Assembly: GCA_030685065.1 (NCBI GenBank)
Contig: JAUXQH010000133.1
Coordinates: 2,786-66,785, forward strand
Length of the DNA stretch: 64,000 nt
Origin: Pseudomonadota bacterium
GTDB lineage: Bacteria > Myxococcota_A > UBA796 > SXON01
Direction of reading: 5' to 3'
Position 1 is the stretch's first letter; each line of letters opens with the position of its first letter. Below, one piece after another: positions 8,523 through 18,073 of this stretch. Below the pieces are notes generated by a model. The model made no database searches and was not told the origin of the DNA. It saw only the letters and a list, made by a program, of their open reading frames with translations. The translations under genes and the position numbers were made by a program.

Positions 8523-10676
8523 ATGTCCAAGTCGGTGCTGCTTACCCTCGCCCTTCCGCTCGGGGTTTTGACCGGGTGCATCAGCAAGGCCCCGGACTAC
8601 CTCGAGATCAGGTACCCCGTGATGACGCTCGGCCAGGCCTCGATGGAGTTCGGCGTGGCGGAGTGGGGTGGCAGCGTCGAGCGCTCCATCCTCCTCGCCA
8701 ACGAGGGCGACATGGTGATGGGCGTCGGTAGCGTCGGGATCGGGAACGGCCTCGACGTTTCGGCCTTCACGGTCACCTGGGACGCCGCGTTGATCGAGTG
8801 CGATGACGTTGTGGCGGAAGCCGGCGCCAAGGAGGTCGACGTGGACACGGGCGACGGTCCGGACACCGGCGCCGGCGCGGACGACAGCGGGGACGCGGGC
8901 GAAGAAGCCCTCGAGGGCGCGCTGTTCGTCCTCGCACCCGGCTGCCAGGTTCCGCTCGTCGTGACCTACACGCCCGCCACCCAAGGCGACGCCTACGACG
9001 CGCTGATCGTGGAGAGCGTCGGCACGCCCCTGACGAACGAGCAAGAGGACGAAGGGCAGGACCTGCCCGACTTCAGCGCGGATCCCGTCCACACGCGCCA
9101 GGTGGTCTACCTTCACGGCGAATCTGAATTCGAGCAGGGCGCGCTGGTCGTCCAGCCCCGTTCCTACGACTTCGGCTTCGTGCACCCGGACGCTACGGAC
9201 GAGGAGCCTCCCGCCCGCATCCGGATCGCGAACGTGGGCGACAGCCCCGTGACCATCCTCCGCGCGGAGCTCGCGCCCACGTGCGAAGAAGAAGGGTTCA
9301 CGCTCGCGGCTCAGTTCGAAGCGGGCCGTGTGCTCGAGGGGCAGGACGCGACGCTCGCCGAGGTGACGTTCACGCCGCTGAACACCTCCTCCAGCTCCTG
9401 CCAGCTCTCCGTCTACACGGACGATGTGGCCAACCCTCGGGTCGACGTGACCCTCATCGGCAACGCCGGGGACGATCCGGAGAACGCACCTCCCACCGCG
9501 TACGTCCGCTCGCCCGAAAACGGCTACCGCTACTCCACGATCCGCCCGCTCACGCTCGAGCTCAACATCTTCGACGAGAACCAGCCCGCCACGTCGCTGG
9601 AGTGCAAGGTCAAGAGCCTGCTCGCGGAGGGCACGGTGGCGAGCTGCACGGCGGCGGACGAGTCCGGACATGTCTATGTCGTGATCCCGGCGGAGGACCT
9701 CGAGCCCGGCGTCGACACGCTCCTCGTGACCGTGACCGACGGGAGCGATGTCAGCGCCTACGCGTCAATCTCGGTGGTCATCAACTCGGACTACCCGGCC
9801 GATGACGACGATGGAGACGGCTACGGCGTCGCGAGCGAGCCGGCCGACTGCGACGACTCCAACATCCTCAGCTACCCGAACGCAGCCGAGGTGTTCGACG
9901 GGCAGGACAACGACTGCGACGGCGTCTCGGACGAGGGCACCGACGGCTTCGACGACGATGGGGACGGCGTCGCCGAGGTCGATGGGGACTGCAACGACTT
10001 CAGCATCGAGGTCTACCCGGGCGCGCCGGAGCGCGGCGACGCGCTGGACAACGACTGTGACGGGACGGTCGACGAGGGCACCTCGTACTACGACGACGAT
10101 GGCGACGGGTACTCCGAGGTCAACAACGACTGCAACGACCTGGACGCCACGATCAACCCCGGTGCCATCGAGACCTGCGACCGCGTCGACAACGATTGCG
10201 ACAGCCTCATCGACAGCGCGGACGGCTGCGAGCCCACCGACTCCGACCCCGCGGTGGTCGGGGACACGATCCGCATGTCGCAGAGCGCCTGCCACGAGCT
10301 CGAGGTCGTGAAGATGGACCTGTTGGTGTTCGACGCCGACCAGGACACGATCTCGTACGAGTGGAGCACGGACGACGACGGCGGTACGTTCGACAACATC
10401 TACGCGCAGGTGGTGCACTACACCGCGCCCGAGGTGACGGGCGACACCAGGAGCTCCAACCACACGTACAAGATCTACGCCCTCATCAACGACGACGACG
10501 GCAACCAGGACTGGGCCTTCGGCGAGCTGCTGGTGTGGGATGCGAAGGCGGAGATCTACGAGCCCTTCGCCCAGGCGCTCCCCGCTACCGGCTGCGCTTC
10601 GACCGGCGGCGGCCCTGCGGGGGCGCTCCTGGTGGCGGGCGCCGCGCTCGCCCTCGCCTTCCGGCGCCGGGAGTAG
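8523..10676 (+). CDS. Surface protein with Ig-like (choice-of-anchor D-like) domains, Cys/Asp MopE-type repeats and a MYXO-CTERM tail
   Basis: Lipobox-like VLTGC; repeats DCDD..YP.A.E..D..DNDCDG..DEG; C-terminus TGCASTGGGPAGALLVAGAALALAFRRRE. Confidence 0.85.
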   Translation: MSKSVLLTLALPLGVLTGCISKAPDYLEIRYPVMTLGQASMEFGVAEWGGSVERSILLANEGDMVMGVGSVGIGNGLDVSAFTVTWDAALIECDDVVAEAGAKEVDVDTGDGPDTGAGADDSGDAGEEALEGALFVLAPGCQVPLVVTYTPATQGDAYDALIVESVGTPLTNEQEDEGQDLPDFSADPVHTRQVVYLHGESEFEQGALVVQPRSYDFGFVHPDATDEEPPARIRIANVGDSPVTILRAELAPTCEEEGFTLAAQFEAGRVLEGQDATLAEVTFTPLNTSSSSCQLSVYTDDVANPRVDVTLIGNAGDDPENAPPTAYVRSPENGYRYSTIRPLTLELNIFDENQPATSLECKVKSLLAEGTVASCTAADESGHVYVVIPAEDLEPGVDTLLVTVTDGSDVSAYASISVVINSDYPADDDDGDGYGVASEPADCDDSNILSYPNAAEVFDGQDNDCDGVSDEGTDGFDDDGDGVAEVDGDCNDFSIEVYPGAPERGDALDNDCDGTVDEGTSYYDDDGDGYSEVNNDCNDLDATINPGAIETCDRVDNDCDSLIDSADGCEPTDSDPAVVGDTIRMSQSACHELEVVKMDLLVFDADQDTISYEWSTDDDGGTFDNIYAQVVHYTAPEVTGDTRSSNHTYKIYALINDDDGNQDWAFGELLVWDAKAEIYEPFAQALPATGCASTGGGPAGALLVAGAALALAFRRRE

Positions 10677-10826
10677 CGGATGGCGGTGCCCCGCATCGGA
10701 GTCCCGGTGCGGCGTACCTGCCGCGGGAGGAGCGGGGCGCGGACGCCCCACTCGCGTCCGTGTTCCGCCTCTGACGCCGATCTCAGGCTCGGCACGCGCC
10801 ATGCAGGGAACTCGGGCGGAGGCGCG

Positions 10827-11240
10827 ATGATGTCCCGCCGCGGCCAGAGCACGGTCGAGTTCGCGATCATGATCCCGGTCATCTTCGCGGCGCTGTTCCT
10901 CATCGTCGAGCTCGCGTTCTTCTTCGGGAGCACGCACTACGTGAACTACGCGGCCTTCACCGCCGCCCGCGCCCAGCAGGTGGGCGAGTCTGCGACCGAC
11001 GCGACGGATCTGCTCCTCGACGGAAACGTGACCGCCGGGGCGAGCGTCAGCGCGAGCACCGGGGCCGGCTCGGTGAAGATCGCGATGCCCTGGGAGATGG
11101 ACCTCCCGTTCACCTCGGGTTTTGGCGCCTTCGACTACGAGGTGACCGTCATCGCCGGGCCGGAGGAGGCCCGCTACGAGGGCACGACCGGCAACCGGAG
11201 CACCCGCTACGGGGACAACCAGTGCGGAAGGGGCTGCTGA
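10827..11240 (+). CDS. TadE-like pseudopilin
   Basis: RRGQSTVEFAIMIPV prepilin motif, hydrophobic helix, then AAFTAARA. Confidence 0.85.
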   Translation: MMSRRGQSTVEFAIMIPVIFAALFLIVELAFFFGSTHYVNYAAFTAARAQQVGESATDATDLLLDGNVTAGASVSASTGAGSVKIAMPWEMDLPFTSGFGAFDYEVTVIAGPEEARYEGTTGNRSTRYGDNQCGRGC

Positions 11241-12349
11241 TGCCCCTGCTGACTCCCACGCTTCGCAACGGACGCCGCGGCCAGGCTGCCGTGCTCATCG
11301 CCCTCTCGATCTTCGCGATGATGCTCCTCCTCGCGATGGCCACGAACGTGGGCGTCGTGGTCAACGACAAGATCCGGATGCAGACGACGGTCGACGCGGC
11401 GACCTACGCCGCCGCCTACTCGGAGGCGGCCTCGCTGAACGAGCTGGTCGAGCTGAACAAGGACATCGTGGACGCGGTGCACACCTGCCGGCAGACGCTG
11501 GAGCCCGCTCCTTGGCTCGAGACCACGCCGTGCGGCTGTGTCCCGCAGAGCCAGCTGGCCGAGCTCGCTGTACAAGCGTGCAAGCTCGCGATCGACGTGC
11601 AGATCGGCCGGTTCGTGGCCCGGGCGCCGTATGCCCGCACGGTCCGCCCCGCGATCCAGGCGGGCGAGGCGACGGCCGAGGCGAACTTCCGCGGCATCGA
11701 CGTGAGCTTCTTCCAGGGGCTCCCCGGCTCGCCGACCTTTCCGGGGTCGCGAAACCTGTACGCGTCCTTCAACATGGGGAGCTCGGTGGTGATGCCGTCG
11801 GTGGCCGACATCCGCCAGGTGACCGACACCGCCGTGAACTACCTCGTCTTCGTCACCTGTCCGACGCCCTCCGGCGCCTGCGTTCCCGTGCCGCCTCAGC
11901 TCGGGCCGACCACCAACCTGAAGACCTGGTTCTACAAAGAAAACCGGGACCCCGACGTGTGGGTGGCCGGTCGGGTGAGCGGTACGCCGGAGAAGCAATT
12001 CCTCGACACGGCGTACCGCAGCGGCGGAGGCGACGGCGGCTTCTTCGGTGCTTCGTCGACCGGTGGGGACGACAAGATCTACGCCTACTCGGTCGCGAAG
12101 CCCTACGATGGCTCGATCGGCCCGAGCGAGCTCAACGGCAACCAGAAGAACGGCAACATGGTGGGCCCCATGGGCGTGTACGCCTCCCGTGGCACGACCT
12201 ACCCGGAGCTCTCGATGTACGACGAGTACCGAGCGCGCCTCGCCGGCATCAACGAGAGCCTCGAGGGCGACGCCTCCCCGAGTGACCTCGTCCAGCTCGA
12301 CGGCCTCCAGAACGGGAAGTTCTGGGAAATGGACAAGGTGAAGCACTGA
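11240..12349 (+). CDS. TadG-like (Tad domain) pilus protein
   Basis: RRGQAAVLIAL...TNVG...KIRMQTTVDAATYAAA; TGATG coupling to the upstream gene. Confidence 0.85.
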   Translation: MPLLTPTLRNGRRGQAAVLIALSIFAMMLLLAMATNVGVVVNDKIRMQTTVDAATYAAAYSEAASLNELVELNKDIVDAVHTCRQTLEPAPWLETTPCGCVPQSQLAELAVQACKLAIDVQIGRFVARAPYARTVRPAIQAGEATAEANFRGIDVSFFQGLPGSPTFPGSRNLYASFNMGSSVVMPSVADIRQVTDTAVNYLVFVTCPTPSGACVPVPPQLGPTTNLKTWFYKENRDPDVWVAGRVSGTPEKQFLDTAYRSGGGDGGFFGASSTGGDDKIYAYSVAKPYDGSIGPSELNGNQKNGNMVGPMGVYASRGTTYPELSMYDEYRARLAGINESLEGDASPSDLVQLDGLQNGKFWEMDKVKH

Positions 12350-12708
12350 TGCGCACCCGACTCCCCATTGCCTCGCCGCGCCGCCGCCTCGGCCAGTCGG
12401 CCGTCGAGACCATGCTGCTCATGCCGCTGCTCGTGCTCGTGATGGTCGCGATGTACTACCTGTGGAGCATCGCCTGGGCCTCGCAGAACGCGCACATCCG
12501 CGCGCGCGAGTACGCCTTCCACGGCGACGCCTACCTGGGCGGCCACGGCAACAACGAGAGCGGCAGCGCGCCGTTCTCCGGCTCCAACTACGACCGCGCG
12601 GACAGCACGAGCTTCCGGTTCACCGGGCGTAGCCAGGACCAGTCCCTCCCCGGCGTGAGCGCGAGCGGCGAGTCGATCGACGTGACCGTCGTGATTACCA
12701 GCGATTAG
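12349..12708 (+). CDS. Small TadE-like pseudopilin
   Basis: RLGQSAVETMLLMPLL prepilin motif, then RAREYA; TGATG coupling. Confidence 0.8.
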   Translation: MRTRLPIASPRRRLGQSAVETMLLMPLLVLVMVAMYYLWSIAWASQNAHIRAREYAFHGDAYLGGHGNNESGSAPFSGSNYDRADSTSFRFTGRSQDQSLPGVSASGESIDVTVVITSD

Positions 12709-13406
12709 GGTCCGTCCCAGAGCCGAGCCAGCGCCGCGCCCACCGCGCTCGGGGTGCGGAGCACGAAGGGGCCAAGGCCGAGCGGCGCGAACCCGGCGGC
12801 GAGCAGCGCCTCGACCTCCTCCGGGGACCAGCCGCCCTCGGGGCCGATGGCGACGGCGGCCCCGGCGTCGCGCTGGTCCACGTCGCCCGGCATGGCCGGT
12901 GAAGGCCCGCCCGGCGCCCCGAGCCATCGTGTCGGCGGCAGCGAGGGGTCTCGCAGGGCCTCCGCGAGGACATGGGGGCCCTGCAACGCGGGGACATCGG
13001 TCCGGCCGCACTGGGTGACGGCGGTGCGGACGACGCGATCGAGGCGCTCCGCTCGCGGCTCGCCCGGGGGGCTGTGGCGGGCACGCACGAGCAGGAACCG
13101 CGTGGCGCCCCCCTCCGTGCCGAGGGTGAGGGCCTCTTCGAGGAGCGCCGGCTTCGGGAGCCCGAGGAGGACGATCCGCGCGGGGGGCGGCGGAGTGAGG
13201 AGGCGTTCGACCACGAGGAAGCAGGCGCAACCGGCTTCATCGGCACCCTCGAGCACGGCGATGGCCGCGGTGGCGTGGCCATCTACCAGGCGTACGCGTT
13301 CGCCCGGCCGCGCGCGGAGCACGTGGAGCAGGTGGTGGCTCTCGCGGGCGGCCGCGTGGCAGCGCTCGCCGGCTTCGGGCACGTTGGCGACGACGAGGCG
13401 CCTCAG
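12705..13406 (-). CDS. rsmE: 16S rRNA m3U1498 methyltransferase RsmE
   Basis: HHLLHVLR, AVTQCGR, AIGPEGGWS and LGPFVLRTPSA SPOUT motifs. Start inferred at CTG 13406. Confidence 0.88.
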   Translation of the reverse strand: MRRLVVANVPEAGERCHAAARESHHLLHVLRARPGERVRLVDGHATAAIAVLEGADEAGCACFLVVERLLTPPPPARIVLLGLPKPALLEEALTLGTEGGATRFLLVRARHSPPGEPRAERLDRVVRTAVTQCGRTDVPALQGPHVLAEALRDPSLPPTRWLGAPGGPSPAMPGDVDQRDAGAAVAIGPEGGWSPEEVEALLAAGFAPLGLGPFVLRTPSAVGAALARLWDGP

Positions 13407-14299
13407 CGGGACTCTCCGGAGTGGCCTTCTCCGGAAGGGGCGGAAGGGCCCGCGTACCAGAGCGAAACCCAGCCCTCTTCGGTCAGGTCCTGGATCACGC
13501 CGCGCGCGGCGAAGGCCTCCCGCACCATCTGGGCCCGGTCGGCGAGGATGCCGGCCAGCGCGATCGGGCCGCACGAGATGCGCAGCAGGTCGGGCGCGAG
13601 CGCGACCAGCACCTCCGCGAAGAGGTTGGCCACGACGAGGTCGTAGCGGCCGTCCACCCCGGAGAGGGGCGTGGTGTCGAACGCCACGTCCAGTCCGTTT
13701 GCACGGGCGGCGTCGAGCGCGGCGGTGACGGCGTCCGGATCGATGTCGATGCCCCGCGCGCGCATTCCGAGCTTCGCGCCCGCGAGGGCCAGCACGCCCG
13801 AGCCGCAGCCGACGTCGATCACCGTGGCGTTAGGGCATGCGAAGTGGTCCACCGCGCGCAGGCAGGCCCGCGTGGTCGGGTGCTCCCCGGTGCCGAAGGC
13901 GTTGCCCGGCTCGATGACGAGCGCCCCGGGCACCTGGTGCCAGGGCGCCGCCACCACGAGGCGAGCCGAGATGTGGACAGGCTGGAAGTTTCGCTTCCAA
14001 TCCTCCGCCCAATCTTCCTCCGCCTGGACGACCCACTCGGGATCCTCGTACGCCCATCCGTCGAGGGCGCCGGCGATCGCCGCGTCATCCGGGCGGGCGT
14101 CGAACCATGCGCGGAGACGGACCTTTTTGGGGGCGCGGGGCATGGGCCCGGTGTCCCAGGGCTGACGATAGGTGGGGGTGACGCCCTCCGGCAGGTCCTC
14201 CTGGAGGCCGGTGGCGCCGAGCCCGACGAGCCCGCGGCCGACGGAGGCAACCGCGGGGCGCGGGAGAGTCACCGCGTAGGCGTGCCAGACGCGCCCCAT
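13403..14299 (-). CDS. prmA: Ribosomal protein L11 methyltransferase PrmA
   Basis: EEDWAEDWK, IEPGNAFGTGEHPTT, VIDVGCGSGVLA and YDLVVANL motifs. Confidence 0.93.
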   Translation of the reverse strand: MGRVWHAYAVTLPRPAVASVGRGLVGLGATGLQEDLPEGVTPTYRQPWDTGPMPRAPKKVRLRAWFDARPDDAAIAGALDGWAYEDPEWVVQAEEDWAEDWKRNFQPVHISARLVVAAPWHQVPGALVIEPGNAFGTGEHPTTRACLRAVDHFACPNATVIDVGCGSGVLALAGAKLGMRARGIDIDPDAVTAALDAARANGLDVAFDTTPLSGVDGRYDLVVANLFAEVLVALAPDLLRISCGPIALAGILADRAQMVREAFAARGVIQDLTEEGWVSLWYAGPSAPSGEGHSGESR

Positions 14300-14302
14300 C
14301 CC

Positions 14303-15622
14303 TCAGTGCTCGGCGTGCGGCGGCGGGGGGGGGAGCGGCTTGCCGTCGCGCGCGGCGGCGAGGACGGCGTTGATGCCCTCCTTCCCCGCGTTGAGGCGCA
14401 CCCACTGCTCACCGAACGCGCCCTTGAGGAAGATCGAGGGCGTGCCCTCCACGCCGGCCACGCCACCGGCGGCCACGTCCTGCTTGACGGACTCGGCGGT
14501 GGTGGGGTCGGCCATGCACGCCTCGAACGCCGTCATGTCGAGCTTCTGCTGTTGGGCCATGAACCGGATGTCCTCCTTGCCGAGGAACTCCTGGTTCTTG
14601 AACATCTGGCGAGAGAGCTCCCAGAATTGTCCTTGGAGGCGGGCGCACTCCGAGGCGGCCGCGGCGTTGCACGCGAACTTGTGGCGCTCGCCTTCGACGA
14701 ACGAGTTGCACGTGTCGCTGATCGGGTAGTGCTTGAAGTAGAGCTTCACGTCCTTGTTCTCCGCGAGGATCTCCTTGAGCTCCCCGGACATGACGCCGCA
14801 GTGCGGGCACTCGAAGTCGGCCCATTCGACCATCGTGAAGCGGGCGTTGGCGTCCCCCGCGACCGGCTCCGTCCCGTCGAGCTCGATGCGACCGGTCACT
14901 TGCTCGTAGTACTGGGAGAGGTCGGCGACGGCGCCGCTGCTCGCGCCGCCCATGGTGCTGCCGCCGGCGCCGGCGTCCCTGGAGGCCATCGCGCCCACGA
15001 CGAGGGTGAGCAGGCCCACGACCGCGACGCTGCCCACCTCCGCCTTGATGCCGTCCATCAGCGAGGAGGCGGGCTCGCTGGAGCGCCAGAGCAGCGCGGA
15101 GCCGACGAGCAGGATCGCGTTGAGCGCCCAGGACGCGACGCAGAGCGGGCACGCGGCGCCGATCTGGGAGGTCGCCCAGCCGAGGTAGAGGTCGAACAAG
15201 ACGGCCAGCCCGGCTAGGACGGTCATCATGGCAGGGGCCTTCGGCGCGCCGCCGGAGGCCTGCCGCAGCGAGAGCCACGCCATCACCGCGTAGTAGGCCA
15301 CGCCGAGCAGCGCGACAGGTACCGTGCCTACCTTCGAGTAGACGCTGCGATTGACCGTGTCGCAGCTCCACACGTCGCTCACGTTGCACACCGAAGGCGC
15401 CGTGCCGCTGTGTTGGGCCGTGAGGTAGCCGGCGATCACGATGCCGAGGAGCGACCCGACGGCGACGCCCCACCCCCGCGTGCGCGGCATCGCGACCAGC
15501 ACGCCGGAGACGAGGACCGCGGCCGCGGCCGCGCCGATGACGAGCCCGGCCGAGCCGCCGCTCGCGGCGAAGGCCGGGAGAGGGGCGGCCAGGAGACCGA
15601 GGAGCAAGAGCTTCCGGGACAT
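14303..15622 (-). CDS. VKOR-DsbA fusion disulfide oxidoreductase
   Basis: VKOR loop cysteines (VCNVSDVWSCDTV) and CPLC in the membrane part; thioredoxin-fold ADFECPHC, FKHYPI and GVEGTPS. Confidence 0.88.
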   Translation of the reverse strand: MSRKLLLLGLLAAPLPAFAASGGSAGLVIGAAAAAVLVSGVLVAMPRTRGWGVAVGSLLGIVIAGYLTAQHSGTAPSVCNVSDVWSCDTVNRSVYSKVGTVPVALLGVAYYAVMAWLSLRQASGGAPKAPAMMTVLAGLAVLFDLYLGWATSQIGAACPLCVASWALNAILLVGSALLWRSSEPASSLMDGIKAEVGSVAVVGLLTLVVGAMASRDAGAGGSTMGGASSGAVADLSQYYEQVTGRIELDGTEPVAGDANARFTMVEWADFECPHCGVMSGELKEILAENKDVKLYFKHYPISDTCNSFVEGERHKFACNAAAASECARLQGQFWELSRQMFKNQEFLGKEDIRFMAQQQKLDMTAFEACMADPTTAESVKQDVAAGGVAGVEGTPSIFLKGAFGEQWVRLNAGKEGINAVLAAARDGKPLPPPPPHAEH

Positions 15623-15703
15623 GGGGGCTCCGAAGAGTGGGGGCTGCGCCTAACACGGCCGGTCTTCAATCGCCCCGATCGGCGGCCCGTTCCGCCACCG
15701 CCG

Positions 15704-16174
15704 TCAGCGACCCCGGATCGCCCGCTTGGCCTCGCGATCGTCTTCCTTCTCGCGGATGGACGCGCGCTTGTCGTGGAGCTTCTTGCCCCGGCCGACGGCG
15801 AATTCCACTTTGATCCACGGGCCGATGAAGTACATCTGCGTGGGGACGAGGGCGAGCCCCTTCTCCCGGACGCGCTGCCTGAGGCGCCGCACTTCCTCCT
15901 TGTGCATCAGCATCGGGCGGGGGCGCGTGGGCTCGTGGTTCTGCAGGTTGGCCTGCACGTAGTGCGCGATGTGGGCGTTCATCAGCAGGGGGTGGCCCTG
16001 GGCGTCGAAGCCCACGTAGGCGTCTTCGAGGTTGCCCTTGCCGCCGCGCAGGCTCTTCACCTCGGAGCCGACCAGCATGAGCCCCGCTTCGTAGGTCTCG
16101 AAGAGCTCGAACTCGAACTTCGCACGACGGTTCGTACAGACGTTGCGGCGGGTGCGGGCGGGGTCCTTGGTCAC
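15704..16174 (-). CDS. smpB: SsrA-binding protein SmpB
   Basis: NRRAKFEF...YEAGLMLVGSEVKSLR...GRGKKLHDKR. Confidence 0.96.
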   Translation of the reverse strand: MTKDPARTRRNVCTNRRAKFEFELFETYEAGLMLVGSEVKSLRGGKGNLEDAYVGFDAQGHPLLMNAHIAHYVQANLQNHEPTRPRPMLMHKEEVRRLRQRVREKGLALVPTQMYFIGPWIKVEFAVGRGKKLHDKRASIREKEDDREAKRAIRGR

Positions 16175-16322
16175 CCCGCAGGTCTATCGCGGCGGCCCGC
16201 TCGGGGGCCCCGCCGACTCCACGGACTTCCACCGGCCTCCATTTTTTCTCCAAAAAAATCCAAAGGGAAGTCAAATGGTTGGGGCCTTCGCGGCCGCTCT
16301 TGCTTCTTTTTTCGGGCGGGTG

Positions 16323-16347
16323 GTGGTTGGATGTGGGAATCAGCGGA
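16323..16347 (+). promoter_or_regulatory. MraZ-binding boxes (dcw operator)
   Basis: GTGGT (16323), GTGGG (16333) and GCGGA (16343) at 10-nt spacing upstream of mraZ, matching the known GTGG-repeat MraZ operator. Confidence 0.6.
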
Positions 16348-16408
16348 GCCCCCGCTGCCTCGAGGCCGCTGCCGTCTCGAGCCACCCACCGGGAGAGAGC
16401 TCGCCCGA

Positions 16409-16834
16409 ATGCTCGACGTGCGCCTCAACACGCCGCTCACCGTGGATCCGAAAGGTCGGATCACGCTGCCGGTGCGTTTGAAGGCCCAGCTCGACCACGT
16501 CGGCACCAACGTGCTCGTCTGCATCGTGCATCGCGACCACTTGCGCGCGTACACGAAGGACGACTTCCGCAAGAACGTCGAGGCGCCGTTGGCGGCGCTC
16601 GACTCGTTCGATCCCGAGGTGGAGCGGATGCAACGGCTCCGGCTCGGCTTCGCCGTGGACGTCGAGATCGACAAGCAGGGCCGCGTCAACCTCCCTCTCA
16701 ACCTCCGGACCTTCGCCGGCATCGATCGCGACGCGGTGCTGGTCTCCCTGGCCGATCGCGTCGAGATCTGGGACGAGAAGCGGCTCGGCGCCTGGATGGC
16801 GGCGGAGTTCGCGCGTGGAGGGGCGGGTGCATGA
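16409..16834 (+). CDS. mraZ: Transcriptional repressor MraZ
   Basis: Twin DPKGRITLP and DKQGRVNLP motifs, DRVEIWD. Confidence 0.93.
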   Translation: MLDVRLNTPLTVDPKGRITLPVRLKAQLDHVGTNVLVCIVHRDHLRAYTKDDFRKNVEAPLAALDSFDPEVERMQRLRLGFAVDVEIDKQGRVNLPLNLRTFAGIDRDAVLVSLADRVEIWDEKRLGAWMAAEFARGGAGA

Positions 16835-17738
16835 TGCGGGTCCTCACGGTCATCGGCCGGTGCTGCTCGATGACGCCGTCGAGCTCTGCGCGCCGCGCGC
16901 GGGCGCGCTCGTCGTGGACGGGACGCTCGGTCGGGGCGGGCACGCCGCGGCGCTGCTCGAGCACGGCGTCCACCTCGTGGGCCTCGATCGGGATCCCGAG
17001 GCCATCGCGGCCGTCCGCGCGCGCTTCGGTGACGCGTTCGGGGACCGCCTGGAGCTTCACCACGCGCCGTTCTCGCGGATCCCCGACGTCCTCGCCGGGC
17101 GGCGTGCGGACGCCGTGCTGCTCGATCTCGGCGTCTCCTCTCCGCAGCTCGAGACCGCGTCCCGCGGCTTCTCCTTCCGGAACGACGGGCCCCTGGACAT
17201 GCGGATGGACCCCTCCTCCGGCGAGCCCGTCTCGGCGTGGTTGGACCACACCGACGAGGCCGGCTTCGTCGACGTGCTCTTTCGCCTGGGGGAGGAGCGC
17301 CAGGCTCGCCGAATCGCGCGCGCGGTGCTCGCCGCCCGTCCCGTCCGCACCACCGGCGAGCTCGCGGATGTCGTCGCGCGAACGGTCGGACGCGGGGACG
17401 GTCGGATCCATCCGGCCACCCGCACGTTCCAGGCGCTCAGGATGGTGGTCAACGACGAGCTCGGCCAGCTCGCCACGGCGCTTCAGGCGGTGCCCGAGTG
17501 CCTCGCGCCGGGCGGGAGGTTCGTCGTGATCGCGTTCCACTCCCTCGAGGACCGCGCCGTCAAGCAGGCCTTCCGCGCCCTCGCCGGGGACGGCGCCCCC
17601 ACCGACATGCGCGGCCACCCCCTCGTGGTCCCCCGTTTCCGCCTCGTCGAGCGTCGCGCCCGCAAGGGCGAGGACCGCGACCCGACGAATCCCCGCGCCC
17701 GATCCGCCCGCCTTCGCGTCCTGGAGCGACTCCCATGA
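16827..17738 (+). CDS. rsmH: 16S rRNA m4C1402 methyltransferase RsmH
   Basis: HRPVLL, DGTLGRGGH, DLGVSSPQL, PLDMRMD, HPATRTFQALR and FHSLEDR motifs. Confidence 0.96.
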   Translation: MHDAGPHGHRPVLLDDAVELCAPRAGALVVDGTLGRGGHAAALLEHGVHLVGLDRDPEAIAAVRARFGDAFGDRLELHHAPFSRIPDVLAGRRADAVLLDLGVSSPQLETASRGFSFRNDGPLDMRMDPSSGEPVSAWLDHTDEAGFVDVLFRLGEERQARRIARAVLAARPVRTTGELADVVARTVGRGDGRIHPATRTFQALRMVVNDELGQLATALQAVPECLAPGGRFVVIAFHSLEDRAVKQAFRALAGDGAPTDMRGHPLVVPRFRLVERRARKGEDRDPTNPRARSARLRVLERLP

Positions 17739-18073
17739 GCACCACCACCGCCGAACCCGGCCACATCTCGACAGCCCCGGCGCTCGACGCGGACCCCGCC
17801 GAGCTCCGCCTGCTCTTCCGGTGGCTGGTCGCCATGCTGCTGATCGCGGCGGCCCTCGCCGCGTGCGTGTGGACGCGCATGGCCGTCCGCGCCACGGCGC
17901 TCGAGCTGGACGCGGCGCGCAGCTCGCTCGCGCGCGCCGAGATCCTCCAGGAGCGCCTGCTCGTCGAGCGCGCGCTGCTCCGCGATCCGGGCCGCCTGGC
18001 CGAGACCGCCGCGTCGCTCTCCCTCGTGCCGCCCGTCGCCACCGTCGTCGTGAACGAGGTCGGCGTCCGGTGA
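17735..18073 (+). CDS. ftsL: Cell division protein FtsL-like
   Basis: Single TM helix plus leucine-zipper-like helix ending LRDPGRLAETAA; lies between rsmH and ftsI. Confidence 0.75.
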   Translation: MSTTTAEPGHISTAPALDADPAELRLLFRWLVAMLLIAAALAACVWTRMAVRATALELDAARSSLARAEILQERLLVERALLRDPGRLAETAASLSLVPPVATVVVNEVGVR

